A stretch of DNA of 64,000 nt from contig JAGABH010000139.1 of NCBI GenBank assembly GCA_017614755.1, positions 7,868 through 71,867 on the forward strand, in the 5' to 3' direction. Below, one piece after another: positions 28,646 to 39,445 of this stretch. Source of the stretch: Oscillospiraceae bacterium (lineage in GTDB: Bacteria > Bacillota > Clostridia > Oscillospirales > Oscillospiraceae). Both the position numbers and the translations under genes were made by a program. The notes beneath the pieces were generated by a model, which saw only the letters and a list, made by a program, of their open reading frames with translations, was not told the DNA's origin and ran no database searches. How positions within the stretch are numbered: position 1 is the first letter of the stretch; the number at the start of each line of letters is the position of its first letter.

Positions 28646-29749
28646 TTATTTGAGCAGCCCCTTTGTTGCCGTGAGAAAGCCCTCAATTTCCTTTTGTTCC
28701 GTCAGGACCGACAGCGACATTCGAAGAGTTCCCTCCGGCAAGGTTCCAGCCGTCCGATGGGCAAACGGCGCACAGTGCAGTCCGGCCCGAAGCGCAACTC
28801 CCGCCTTTGCGTAAAGGGCCGCGGCCGTCTCCACGTCCAGTTTGGGAAGGCGGAAGGACAGCACGCCAATCTGATTCGGCCCGTCCCAAATCCGCACGCC
28901 CATAGAACGAAGTCTCCGAACCGCAGTTTCCAGCAGCTTTCTCTCCTTTCGCAGCATGGAAGTCCCATCCTGCTGCCTCAGCCAGCGCAGCGATGCGCCA
29001 AGACCCGAAATCCCCGGCACGTTCAAAGTACCAGCCTCCAGCCGGTCCGGCAGATCCTGGGGCATCTGCTGATCCAAAGAGCTGCTGCCTGTTCCGCCGA
29101 AGCGCAGAGGAAGCGGCTGATCCAGACATAGGAGAAGGCCGGTTCCCTGGGGGCCCAAAAGCCCCTTGTGTCCCGGCATCGCGGTATATGCAGCCCGCCA
29201 TTGCTTCGGCAGAACCGGAAGCAGGCCGGCAGACTGAGAGGCGTCCACCACAAAGGGAATCATCCGTTCCGCGCAGATCTCCCCAATCCGCTCCACCGGG
29301 AGCACTGCGCCAAAGACATTTGAGGCGTGAAGACACACACAGGCCGCCGTTCCCGGCTTTAACGCCTCTGCGAAGGCTTCGGCCCATTTTTCTTTGTCAA
29401 AAATCGGCGCCGACACTGGAAACAGCTCTGCCCCCAGGCCGATCAGGGTACGGGTCACAGCATTGTGCTCCAGGCCCGAAAGTACAACCCGATCCCCGGG
29501 CCTGACCAGACTCCCCAGGGCGATATTCAGTCCCTCGGTAGCGTTGGCGGTAAAACAGACTTGCTCCGGCTCCAGACCGAAATAATCCGCAGCAAGGCTT
29601 CGGGTGCGGTAGACGGTTTCCTCTGCCCGGGCTGCGGCGGCATGACCGCCCCGGCCGGGATTGGCACAGCGGGCCAGAGCCTCTTGAACAGCTCCGTAGA
29701 CCTGGGGAGGTTTGCGAAGGGAGGTGGCAGCGTTGTCCAGGTAGATCAT
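28646..29749 (-). CDS. Class-V aminotransferase / cysteine desulfurase-family protein
   Basis: Reads MIYLDNAATS, then SGLEHNAV, then the PLP-lysine context AMPGHKGLLGPQGTG, then the C-terminal RAGLHCAP (active-site Cys loop). Confidence 0.85.
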   Translation of the reverse strand: MIYLDNAATSLRKPPQVYGAVQEALARCANPGRGGHAAAARAEETVYRTRSLAADYFGLEPEQVCFTANATEGLNIALGSLVRPGDRVVLSGLEHNAVTRTLIGLGAELFPVSAPIFDKEKWAEAFAEALKPGTAACVCLHASNVFGAVLPVERIGEICAERMIPFVVDASQSAGLLPVLPKQWRAAYTAMPGHKGLLGPQGTGLLLCLDQPLPLRFGGTGSSSLDQQMPQDLPDRLEAGTLNVPGISGLGASLRWLRQQDGTSMLRKERKLLETAVRRLRSMGVRIWDGPNQIGVLSFRLPKLDVETAAALYAKAGVALRAGLHCAPFAHRTAGTLPEGTLRMSLSVLTEQKEIEGFLTATKGLLK

Positions 29750-30000
29750 GGCTCCAGCCTCACATAGCTCCCATCCTGACGTCGAAGGAAACAGCCGGCC
29801 GCCCGTACGCCGGATTGGTCCAAAATCGTCCTTGCCCGGTCTCCGTCCCGCCGGCGCAGGGATAAAGCGTAGGCGCAGCCTTCCGGGGCAATTTCCCGAG
29901 GCGCCCGAAGCAGGCGACAGGAGAGGCCTGCCCGATTCAGCGCATCTCTCCCCTTCTGACCCATGGTAACGGAGCGCAGGGTGATATAGAAGTCATACAT
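29746..30000 (-). CDS. DUF3343-like small protein (putative S/Se carrier partner)
   Basis: The ATG at 30000 follows GGGAGGG. The 84-aa product reads MYDFYITLRSVTMGQKGRDALNRAGLSCRLLRAPREIAPEGCAYAL. Its stop overlaps the desulfurase start as ATGA. Confidence 0.65.
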   Translation of the reverse strand: MYDFYITLRSVTMGQKGRDALNRAGLSCRLLRAPREIAPEGCAYALSLRRRDGDRARTILDQSGVRAAGCFLRRQDGSYVRLEP

Positions 30001-30163
30001 TTCAATCCCTCCCGGACATTCTATGCGGAAGAGCGAAAAAATGACCCTCCTGCCGAATTGAAATACATTCGGCAGAAGGGACTCGGCAGAGGGTTCCGCG
30101 CCACGGTCACGGTGCCTATTGCCCAAATTTGAGGCGTTACGGAGTATTCCTGTCTTCTGGCGC

Positions 30164-30865
30164 CTAAAAATCCATCATATGACTCGCCCGCATGGACAGG
30201 TAACTGCCGTCGCAGAGAACCAGGTGATCGTTCAGGATCACGTCCACCATCTCCAACGCCCGGCGGGCTTTCCTGGTGTATTCCACGTCCTCCAGGGAAG
30301 GAATCATGGTACCGGTGGTGTGATTGTGGGCAAGCACAACGCTGGAAGCATTCACAAGTAAGGCCGCCTCCACCAGCTTCCGGAAGGGCAGATTCACAGC
30401 GTTGACCGCCCCGCGGCAAAGCTCCCGGCACTCAATCAGCTTGCATTTCGCGTCCAGAGACAGGAGCCAGGCTCTCTCCTCCCGCAGGCCCACGGATTTG
30501 TGGGCGAGATAGTCGCCGATCTCCTTCGCAGAGTGAAGAAAAACGGCCTTGCCAAAGCGACTGCTCTCGCTTTTGCTCCACAGCTCCGCAATCATATGAA
30601 TCAGGACTGCCGTGCGCTCCCCCACCCCCGGCACCCGAATCAGCTGGGCAACGGGGGCGTCCAGAACCCGGTGCAGGTCGCCGAACTCGTTAAGCAGGGC
30701 GTGGGCAATAGGATTGACGTCCCGGCGAGAAATCGCATAGCCAAGAAGCAGCTCCAACGCCTCTACATCAGAGAAGCCCTCCAGCCCAGTGCGAAGATAG
30801 GTTTCCAGCAGCCGACGCCGATGTCCGGCGTGAATGCTCTCAAATTTCTTTTCTCCCATCTCCAT
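30164..30865 (-). CDS. radC: RadC-family JAB/MPN-domain protein
   Basis: HhH region L.RVPGVGERTA, and the JAMM-like motif VVLAHNHTTGTMIPSLEDV. Confidence 0.9.
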   Translation of the reverse strand: MEMGEKKFESIHAGHRRRLLETYLRTGLEGFSDVEALELLLGYAISRRDVNPIAHALLNEFGDLHRVLDAPVAQLIRVPGVGERTAVLIHMIAELWSKSESSRFGKAVFLHSAKEIGDYLAHKSVGLREERAWLLSLDAKCKLIECRELCRGAVNAVNLPFRKLVEAALLVNASSVVLAHNHTTGTMIPSLEDVEYTRKARRALEMVDVILNDHLVLCDGSYLSMRASHMMDF

Positions 30866-31322
30866 GGGCCCGTCTCTCCTTTCTCCGGCGCAGCAGCAAC
30901 AGAATCCCCACAGCAGCCGCCGCCCCGGCGGTGTCCAGCAGAATATCCCAAAGCTCTCCGCTGCGCCCGGCGGTATTGGCCTGAATTATCAATTCATCCA
31001 CGCAGGCTATCCCCGCAGCCAGACTAAGAACCGCCAAAACCGATCCCCGGTTCCAAATCCGCCAGTCCATATACAGCAGGCCGCCGAGGATAAAGTATTC
31101 GGTGAAGTGGGCCAGCTTCCGGAGGACTGTATCTGTCAGGAACGGGATGAGCTTCCGCAAAAGTTCCAGGATCATCGCGCTCTCCGCACTGGATTCCTCC
31201 GCCGTCCGGGCCGACCTGGCAAAAATGAACCAGACCCAAAGCCCGGTCACAGCCAACCCCAGCAAACGCTTCCACCGCACCGACAAATCCGCTTCCTCCT
31301 GTCGCTTGATAATCGTTTGCAT
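30840..31322 (-). CDS. VanZ-family membrane protein
   Basis: Contains RKLAHFTEYFILGGLL and four TM helices. Start is uncertain: ATG 31322 is preferred, and the ORF runs to 31439. Confidence 0.75.
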   Translation of the reverse strand: MQTIIKRQEEADLSVRWKRLLGLAVTGLWVWFIFARSARTAEESSAESAMILELLRKLIPFLTDTVLRKLAHFTEYFILGGLLYMDWRIWNRGSVLAVLSLAAGIACVDELIIQANTAGRSGELWDILLDTAGAAAAVGILLLLRRRKERRAHGDGRKEI

Positions 31323-31450
31323 CACTTTACCACAAGAACCGGGAAAATGCAACGGTTTTATCAGATAGCGACGCATAACGCATAGCTTTCTGCGGCTGAT
31401 TTGTATGCTCATACTATTACAAAAAAGCGTTTTATGCAACGGATTTTCAA

Positions 31451-31479
31451 TTTACAATCGAATCATCCTGTGATATGAT
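31451..31479 (+). promoter_or_regulatory. Candidate SigA promoter for the ABC exporter gene
   Basis: Reads TTTACA, 17 nt, TGaTATGAT (extended -10). Confidence 0.4.
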
Positions 31480-31558
31480 AGGAAAAATGGCAGATTACCG
31501 TCTCATCGTATCATGAACATTGAACCACGCATTATGCGTTCAAAATGGAGGTGCTCTT

Positions 31559-33421
31559 ATGCCCGGACCCGGCGGCGGACTCGGTCCGCGAGGCTTTCTC
31601 ACCGACGAGGAAAAGAAAAACAAGCCAAAGGTTACAAAGGCGCTCCTGCTCCGCATTCTCTCTTATCTCAAGCCCTACTGGCCCCAGTTTATCCTTGTCT
31701 TCGTAGCCATCCTTCTGTCGGCCACTGTGGGCCTGCTGCCCTCTATCATCACGGGCCGCATCGTAGACGAAGCCCTTGTGGGTAAGAACATGAAGCTGCT
31801 GATCCAGCTCCTGCTGGCAGCCTTCGGAACCCTGACGGTCTCCCAGGTAATCGGCGTGCTGGAGAGCTACATCAACGCCTGGATCTCCCAGCGAATCATC
31901 TTCGACATGAAGAACCAGATGTACGACCACCTGCAGCACATGCCCCACGCCTTCTTCACATCGGAAAAGCAGGGCGACATCATCACCCGAATGAACACCG
32001 ATATTTCCGGAGTCAGCTCTGTGATCTCCGGCACCCTTTCCTCCATTGTCAGCAACGTGGCAACCGTGGTAACCTCCCTGATCGCCCTGTTCACCATGAG
32101 CTGGCAGCTGGCCTTGGTGGGCATGGTGGTCATTCCCCTGCTGATTATTCCCACTCGCAGCGTGGGCCAGACCCGCTGGAAGCTGCTGACGGAAAGCCAG
32201 GGCAAACGGGACGAGATGAACCAGATGATCAACGAAACTCTGTCCGTCAGCGGCTCACTGCTGGTGAAGCTCTTTGCCCGGGAGGAACGGGAGTATGCCC
32301 GGTTCGTGGACATCAACGAGGAAGTCACCCGGCTGGGCCTGAAGGAACAGCGCTCCGGCAAGTGGTTCGGCGTCATCATGGGGATGTTCACCCAGCTGGG
32401 GCCTCTGCTGATCTACTTTGCCGGCGGCTGGTTCATCATCGCCAAGTCTGACACCACGCTCACCGTGGGCACCATCACCGCCACGGTGGCACTCATCAAT
32501 CGACTCTACCGCCCTGTCCAGAGTTTATTGAACATTCAAGTGGACTTCACCCGTTCCCTGGCCCTCTTCACCCGGATATTTGAGTACTTCGATATGAAAA
32601 ACCCCATTGTCTCCAAGGACAACGGGAAAAAGCCGGACATGAAGCACGCGGACATCCGCTATGAGCACGTTGTCTTCTCCTACGACCCGGAAAAGCCCCT
32701 GCTGACCGACGTGGACTTTACCGTCCCAGCCGGGAAGATGTACGCCATCGTGGGCCCCTCCGGCTCCGGAAAGTCCACGGTCGTCAACCTTCTGCCCCGG
32801 CTCTATGACGTGCTGGGAGGCAGCGTCACGGTGGGGGGCGTGGACGTGCGGGATATGGACCTGAAATACCTGCGCACCAACATCGGCGTGGTAACCCAGG
32901 AGAGCTATCTCTTCAACGGCACCATCCGGGAAAACCTGCTCTACGCCAAGCCAGACGCTACCGACCGGGAGCTGGAAGAAGCCTGCAAGATTGCCAACAT
33001 CCACGGCTACATCGAAAGCCAGCCTGAGGGTTATGAAACCATTGTAGGCAACCGGGGGCTGAAGCTCTCCGGCGGTGAAAAGCAGCGGCTATCCATCGCC
33101 CGGGTGATTTTGAAGGACCCGAAGATTCTGATTCTGGACGAGGCCACCTCCGCCCTGGACTCTATCTCGGAGAACGCCATCCAGGAGGCTCTGGAGCGTC
33201 TGATGGCGGGCAGAACCAGCATCGTCATTGCCCACCGGCTTTCCACAATTTTGAAAGCGGACCGCATTCTGGTGGTCAAAGACGGCGCCATCGCCGAATC
33301 CGGCGACCACGAAAGCCTGCTTGCGCAAAACGGCGTCTACCGGGAGCTCTATGAAACCCAGTTCCGGACGATCCTGGAGTTGGGAAGCGCTGATACAAAA
33401 AATTCACAAAACAACAGTTGA
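31559..33421 (+). CDS. ABC exporter, fused permease/ATPase (MsbA/type-I exporter fold)
   Basis: Six TM helices then the NBD: Walker A GPSGSGKST, signature LSGGEKQR, Walker B ILILDEATSALD and H-loop IAHRL. The ATG at 31559 follows GGAGGTG; the ORF opens at 31520. Confidence 0.92.
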   Translation: MPGPGGGLGPRGFLTDEEKKNKPKVTKALLLRILSYLKPYWPQFILVFVAILLSATVGLLPSIITGRIVDEALVGKNMKLLIQLLLAAFGTLTVSQVIGVLESYINAWISQRIIFDMKNQMYDHLQHMPHAFFTSEKQGDIITRMNTDISGVSSVISGTLSSIVSNVATVVTSLIALFTMSWQLALVGMVVIPLLIIPTRSVGQTRWKLLTESQGKRDEMNQMINETLSVSGSLLVKLFAREEREYARFVDINEEVTRLGLKEQRSGKWFGVIMGMFTQLGPLLIYFAGGWFIIAKSDTTLTVGTITATVALINRLYRPVQSLLNIQVDFTRSLALFTRIFEYFDMKNPIVSKDNGKKPDMKHADIRYEHVVFSYDPEKPLLTDVDFTVPAGKMYAIVGPSGSGKSTVVNLLPRLYDVLGGSVTVGGVDVRDMDLKYLRTNIGVVTQESYLFNGTIRENLLYAKPDATDRELEEACKIANIHGYIESQPEGYETIVGNRGLKLSGGEKQRLSIARVILKDPKILILDEATSALDSISENAIQEALERLMAGRTSIVIAHRLSTILKADRILVVKDGAIAESGDHESLLAQNGVYRELYETQFRTILELGSADTKNSQNNS

Positions 33422-33445
33422 CAAACGAAACAAACATGTTATAAT
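33418..33445 (+). promoter_or_regulatory. SigA promoter of groES-groEL
   Basis: Reads TTGACA, 16 nt, TGtTATAAT (extended -10). The -35 overlaps the stop codon of the ABC gene. Confidence 0.7.
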
Positions 33446-33448
33446 AAC

Positions 33449-33475
33449 TTAGCACTCAGAAATAAAGAGTGCTAA
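33449..33475 (+). promoter_or_regulatory. CIRCE operator (HrcA binding site)
   Basis: TTAGCACTC-agaaataaa-GAGTGCTAA is a perfect match to the CIRCE inverted repeat TTAGCACTC-N9-GAGTGCTAA. It lies immediately downstream of the -10. Confidence 0.95.
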
Positions 33476-33559
33476 GTTATCTGCTTCGGAAGCTGTTCCG
33501 ATGGCGCACCGGTGTGCGCCGCTGCAATCACCTTGTAAATCTTTTAAGGAGGCATTCCT

Positions 33560-33844
33560 ATGAAGTTAAAGCCCTTGGCTGACCGTGTGCTGCTGAAAGC
33601 AACGGAGGCCGAAGAAACCACTAAGTCCGGCATCATTCTCTCCACCGCCAACAAAGAAAAGCCCGTCGTCTCTGAGGTCGTGGCTGTCGGCCCCGGCGGG
33701 ATCGTGGACGGCAAGGAAGTCGCCATGGTCGTCAAGCCCGGCAACAAGGTCGTCGTGGCGAAGTACGCCGGCACCGAGGTCAAGCTGGACGGCGTTGAAT
33801 ATTCCATTGTCCGCCAGAGCGACATTCTGGCCATCGTAGAATAA
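33560..33844 (+). CDS. groES: Co-chaperonin GroES
   Basis: Reads MKLKPLADRVLLK..EEETTKSGIIL..., 94 aa, with RBS AAGGAGG. Confidence 0.97.
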   Translation: MKLKPLADRVLLKATEAEETTKSGIILSTANKEKPVVSEVVAVGPGGIVDGKEVAMVVKPGNKVVVAKYAGTEVKLDGVEYSIVRQSDILAIVE

Positions 33845-33856
33845 GCAGGAGGCTGA

Positions 33857-35506
<1,650 letters not shown>

Positions 35507-35558
35507 GCAGTCGACTTTTGACAGTCGGTGATTCCACGCTTAAACCGTCTCACAGCTT

Positions 35559-35594
35559 ATCACACCGCCGAAGGCCTCGGCGGTGTGATTTTTT
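35559..35594 (+). terminator. Rho-independent terminator after groEL
   Basis: 12-bp stem ATCACACCGCCG / CGGCGGTGTGAT with a short loop, followed by TTTTTT. Confidence 0.85.
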
Positions 35595-35655
35595 CCATGA
35601 AGTTAAGCTATCATTAAGGTTTTCAAAATAGAATGGCAGCAGAACACTGAAAGAG

Positions 35656-37443
35656 GTGACTACTTTGAATCAGCTTATTCGACGGCTGGCTGTCCTCATG
35701 CTGGCCTTTGTCCTGCTCCTGTCCCTGGTGGCCTGCGGAGAAAATGACAGCCCACAAAAATCCGGCACAGAAACAGCGACAGGCAGCACAGGCGAAGACA
35801 GTCAGCAGAACGGTACGGAAACCTCCCCCCAGAACAATTCCCCGACCCAGACGGAAAGCGCTTACAACGGGCTCTTTGACGACACTGTGGTTCATACTGT
35901 GGACGTAATCATCTCGGAGGAAGACTGGGCGGATCTGCTGGCAAATCCCCTGGAAAAGACAAAATATAAGGCAAGCGTGGTGATTGACGGGGAGACTCTG
36001 GAGGAGGTATCCTTTGCCACAAAGGGAAACACCAGCCTGAGCTCTGTCGCAAGCGACCCGAACTCCGACCGATACAGCTTCAAGCTGAACTTCGGCAAGT
36101 ACAAAAAAGGCCAAAGCTATCACGGCCTGGACAAACTCAACCTGAACAATCTCTATGCCGACGCCACCTGCCTCAAAGACTGGCTTAGCTACCGCATCTT
36201 CCGGCAGGCAGGGGTTGACGCGCCTTTGACCAGCTATGTCTGGCTGCGGGTCAACGGCCAGGACCAGGGCCTCTACCTGGCCATCGAGGAAATCGGCGAA
36301 TCCTGGCTTGACCGGACGCAGGAGGGCGAGGGCATGCTTTACAAGCCCGAGACCGAGGAGCAAAATCCCCCCGAAGGCTCCCCCGGCAACGGGGAGGATC
36401 CGGGCAACTTCCAGGGTAATCCGCCGGAAGGCTTCCCCAGCAACGGCGAAAGTCAAAGCGGCTTCCCCGGGAATCCACCGGCAGGCTTCCCCGGCAACGA
36501 AGAGGGCCAGGGTGGCTTCCACGGCAGCATGGGGTTCGGAGGCAATGCTAAGGGGGCCGATCTGAAGTACACAGGCGACGATTCCGCCGACTACTCCGAC
36601 ATCTTCGACAACCATGAAACCGACATGGACGAGGGCGCAGAGGTTCGGGTCATCACGGCGCTGAAAGCGCTCTCCGAGGGAAAGGCCGATCAGGCCCTGG
36701 ACACAGAAGAGGTCATTTGCTACTTCGCAGCCCACAACTTTGTGCTGAACTACGACAGCTACACGGGCACCATGCTCCACAACTACTACCTGTATGAGAA
36801 CGACGGCAAGCTGTCCATGCTGCCCTGGGACTATAACCTGGCTTTCGGCGGCTTTGGAGGCATGGGCGAAGGAATGCCAAATCCCGGCAATACGGGAAGC
36901 TCCGGCAAGACGCCTGACCCCGGCAGAAGGTCCAATTCCGGCGAGATGCCCAGTCCCGGCGGAATGGGCAAAGGAATGCCGTATTTCGGTGAAATGGGCG
37001 GCAGCGACGCCACGTCCCTGGTGAACACCGGGATGGATACGCCCCTTTCCGGCGCCACGGAGGACAGCCGCCCCATGTGGTCCTGGATCGCAGCAGACGA
37101 AGCATATCTGGACCGGTATCACGCGGTTTACGACAAGCTGCTCAGCAGCTATTTTGAGAACGGGAGCTTTGAGGCGGAGCTGGATCGAATGGCTGCCCTG
37201 CTCCGGCCTTACGTAGAAAAGGACCCCACCGCCTTCTACTCCCTGGAGGAGTTTAACTCCGGGGTGAAGACCCTGCGGCAGTTCTGTCTCCTCCGGGCAG
37301 AGAGCATCCGCAAGCAGTTGGACGGTACACTTGCAACCCGCACGGAAGACCAGAATCAGGCCGACAAGGTGGATGCCTCCCAGGTGGAAATCCGCTCCAT
37401 GGGCTCCATGGCGGGCGAAAGAAACACAGGTCGAAGACAATAA
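35656..37443 (+). CDS. cotH: CotH-family protein (spore-coat protein H-like atypical kinase) with lipoprotein signal peptide
   Basis: Lipobox LSLVAC-G. CotH core reads YKASVVIDGE..VSFATKGNTS..DRYSFKLNF..LDKLNLNNLYADATCLKDWLSYRIFRQAGV..YVWLRVNGQDQGLYLAIEE, then NFVLNYDSYTG..HNYYLYEN.GKLSMLPWDYN. Start is GTG 35656 or TTG 35665. Confidence 0.85.
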   Translation: MTTLNQLIRRLAVLMLAFVLLLSLVACGENDSPQKSGTETATGSTGEDSQQNGTETSPQNNSPTQTESAYNGLFDDTVVHTVDVIISEEDWADLLANPLEKTKYKASVVIDGETLEEVSFATKGNTSLSSVASDPNSDRYSFKLNFGKYKKGQSYHGLDKLNLNNLYADATCLKDWLSYRIFRQAGVDAPLTSYVWLRVNGQDQGLYLAIEEIGESWLDRTQEGEGMLYKPETEEQNPPEGSPGNGEDPGNFQGNPPEGFPSNGESQSGFPGNPPAGFPGNEEGQGGFHGSMGFGGNAKGADLKYTGDDSADYSDIFDNHETDMDEGAEVRVITALKALSEGKADQALDTEEVICYFAAHNFVLNYDSYTGTMLHNYYLYENDGKLSMLPWDYNLAFGGFGGMGEGMPNPGNTGSSGKTPDPGRRSNSGEMPSPGGMGKGMPYFGEMGGSDATSLVNTGMDTPLSGATEDSRPMWSWIAADEAYLDRYHAVYDKLLSSYFENGSFEAELDRMAALLRPYVEKDPTAFYSLEEFNSGVKTLRQFCLLRAESIRKQLDGTLATRTEDQNQADKVDASQVEIRSMGSMAGERNTGRRQ

Positions 37444-37463
37444 ACAGTTTCAAATGACAGGAA

Positions 37464-37497
37464 ACTCCCAGGCTCTAAGGCGCCTGGGAGTCTTTTA
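37464..37497. terminator. Bidirectional terminator between convergent cotH and ltaS-like genes
   Basis: 10-bp stem ACTCCCAGGC / GCCTGGGAGT with an 8-nt loop. T-rich on the plus side (CTTTTATT) and A-rich before it. Confidence 0.7.
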
Positions 37498-39420
37498 TTC
37501 CGCCAGCAGCGGATCTGTGTACAAAAAGTAGTTATATCGAAAGGTTTTCCAGGACATATCCAGCCTGTTCCGGACTTCATAATACCTGTCTCTTTCCGCC
37601 CCGGAGGCAGACTGGGAGGCGTCGAAGTATTCCGTTCCGTCATAGAAGCTGCCGTCCCGCCAGTAAACAAGGCCCTCTCCATCAGAAAAAAGGTCCTCTC
37701 CTACAAAATACCGCAGGTCGGCATTCAGGGAAAACAGATTACAGATTGTGGGATAGAGGTCCACGGTGGAACCGTACTTCTCCACAGTCCGGGGAGAAAG
37801 CCCCGGATTATAAATCAGCAGGGGTGTGTTGCACAGGAGATTTCGACTGCCGACCCCTTTCAGATTTAAAAGGAAATCCGTGTCGGTCAAATACTTGCAG
37901 TAGTGGTCCCCGTAGATTACCAGCACCGTATCCTCCAACAGCCCCGCTTCCTCCAGGCGATCCACCAGTCCGCCGATAAAATCATCGGTCACCATGATCT
38001 GTGCCACCGCCCGGGTAAACTGCTCCATGGTATCCTCAGAGCCAGTCACGCCAGAGGCGGCAACCGCCTGTTTGGCCTGCTCCATATGGGGCTGGGCAAT
38101 ATTGTCGTATTCATCGGTGTAGGAACCATGGCCGGAATAGGTGATGATGAAGGAGTAGAAAGGCTGCTGCCGATCCACAATCAGATCAAAGCCATTCAGA
38201 AGCTGGGAATCGATCATGTAGTCCTGCATTCCCATTTCTACATGACTGTGGTAGGACTCAAACCCCAGGTTCTTGTGAATCGCGCCGCGATTGTAAATGG
38301 TTGGAGAAGCGCTGTGGTAGGAGTTGACGCGATAGCCTTCCTGCGCAAACAGGGCCGGCAGCGCTGCCGGAAGTGCGTTCTCCACATAGGCGTCTGTGGA
38401 TACGCCGGAGATGGGGGGAATCACGCCGGTTTGAGAAGTGAACTCTGTAGAGAAGGTTCCCGCATTCAAATAGAGCGGAGTATAGAAGTGATCGAACCGC
38501 AGGCTGTCTTTCGCCAGAGCGCTCAGCGTGGGCATAAAGGCGTCGTTCAGCATCCAGGAATCCAGGGACTCCACCATAATCATAATCACGTTCTTGCCAG
38601 CCAGAGCTCCGGTAAGCTCGTTGTCCTGATGGGCAGGGCGCCCGGAGAAATAGGTATCCAAATCGGCTACCACCTTGGCCCTGTCCCTGGAAGCCTCAGA
38701 GAGGAAGGTGTGATCCAGATCCCGGAAGGTGTATTGATACAGGCCCGCCAGGGGCAGACAGGCGTTGGGATTGTCGAACTCTGTATAGGTCAGCTTCACA
38801 GGGTCTAAATCTGCGTTGATGTTTCCCTTCCTGGCAACGCTCCAGGTCATATTATCCAGAATCTTCACTTCCACCAGGAGGGACTGATTCAGCAGCACGA
38901 TACCGGCCACGGAAATTGCCAGGCCAAGAATGCCCGCGGTAATCCGCTTCCAGTGATAGCACCGCCGGGGCAGGAACACCGCCGCAGCAATTATCGCGGC
39001 AAAGGTCAAAATCACGATGATCAGCAGCAGCTTCCGCATTTGAAGATAGGAGAAGCTGAAAAAGGCAGCGCCGTCTCCGGCATAGAGCAAGTCCGGAAAT
39101 CCAAAAAAATTGCCAAACAAGTGATACATGACTGCGTGTACTACCACAAGAATGCAGAACACAGACCCGGTCAGAATCATAAAAATCCGGGCAATCAACC
39201 TAGGCAGCAGAAAGGCAAGCGCCCCGAACAGGCACACCCAAAGCAGGGTAAACCAAAGGGCTGTAGGGCCTGCCGCATCCTTCCAGCCGCCCACAAAGCC
39301 GTACATGGCCCGAAAGCTCAGATCAAGGCACAGCAGGGCAGCCATATAGAGCGGGACAGCCCCCGCAGATAACACTTTTTTGATCTTTTCTTTTCTCATA
39401 TAACCAAACACCTGTTTCAC
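37495..39420 (-). CDS. LTA synthase-family (sulfatase-fold) membrane enzyme
   Basis: About five N-terminal TM helices, then an extracellular alkaline-phosphatase/sulfatase-like domain (NVIMIMVESLDSW, T..TEF...TG, YGDHY). Confidence 0.82.
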   Translation of the reverse strand: MKQVFGYMRKEKIKKVLSAGAVPLYMAALLCLDLSFRAMYGFVGGWKDAAGPTALWFTLLWVCLFGALAFLLPRLIARIFMILTGSVFCILVVVHAVMYHLFGNFFGFPDLLYAGDGAAFFSFSYLQMRKLLLIIVILTFAAIIAAAVFLPRRCYHWKRITAGILGLAISVAGIVLLNQSLLVEVKILDNMTWSVARKGNINADLDPVKLTYTEFDNPNACLPLAGLYQYTFRDLDHTFLSEASRDRAKVVADLDTYFSGRPAHQDNELTGALAGKNVIMIMVESLDSWMLNDAFMPTLSALAKDSLRFDHFYTPLYLNAGTFSTEFTSQTGVIPPISGVSTDAYVENALPAALPALFAQEGYRVNSYHSASPTIYNRGAIHKNLGFESYHSHVEMGMQDYMIDSQLLNGFDLIVDRQQPFYSFIITYSGHGSYTDEYDNIAQPHMEQAKQAVAASGVTGSEDTMEQFTRAVAQIMVTDDFIGGLVDRLEEAGLLEDTVLVIYGDHYCKYLTDTDFLLNLKGVGSRNLLCNTPLLIYNPGLSPRTVEKYGSTVDLYPTICNLFSLNADLRYFVGEDLFSDGEGLVYWRDGSFYDGTEYFDASQSASGAERDRYYEVRNRLDMSWKTFRYNYFLYTDPLLAE

Positions 39421-39445
39421 AGGGAATGAGCGGAAAACACGAAGA

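Noticed and set aside
35623-37440. 605-aa minus-strand ORF antisense to cotH
   Set aside because: The plus strand carries clear CotH motifs, a lipobox and a terminator. The antisense product has biased composition and no motifs. This is a typical high-GC shadow ORF.
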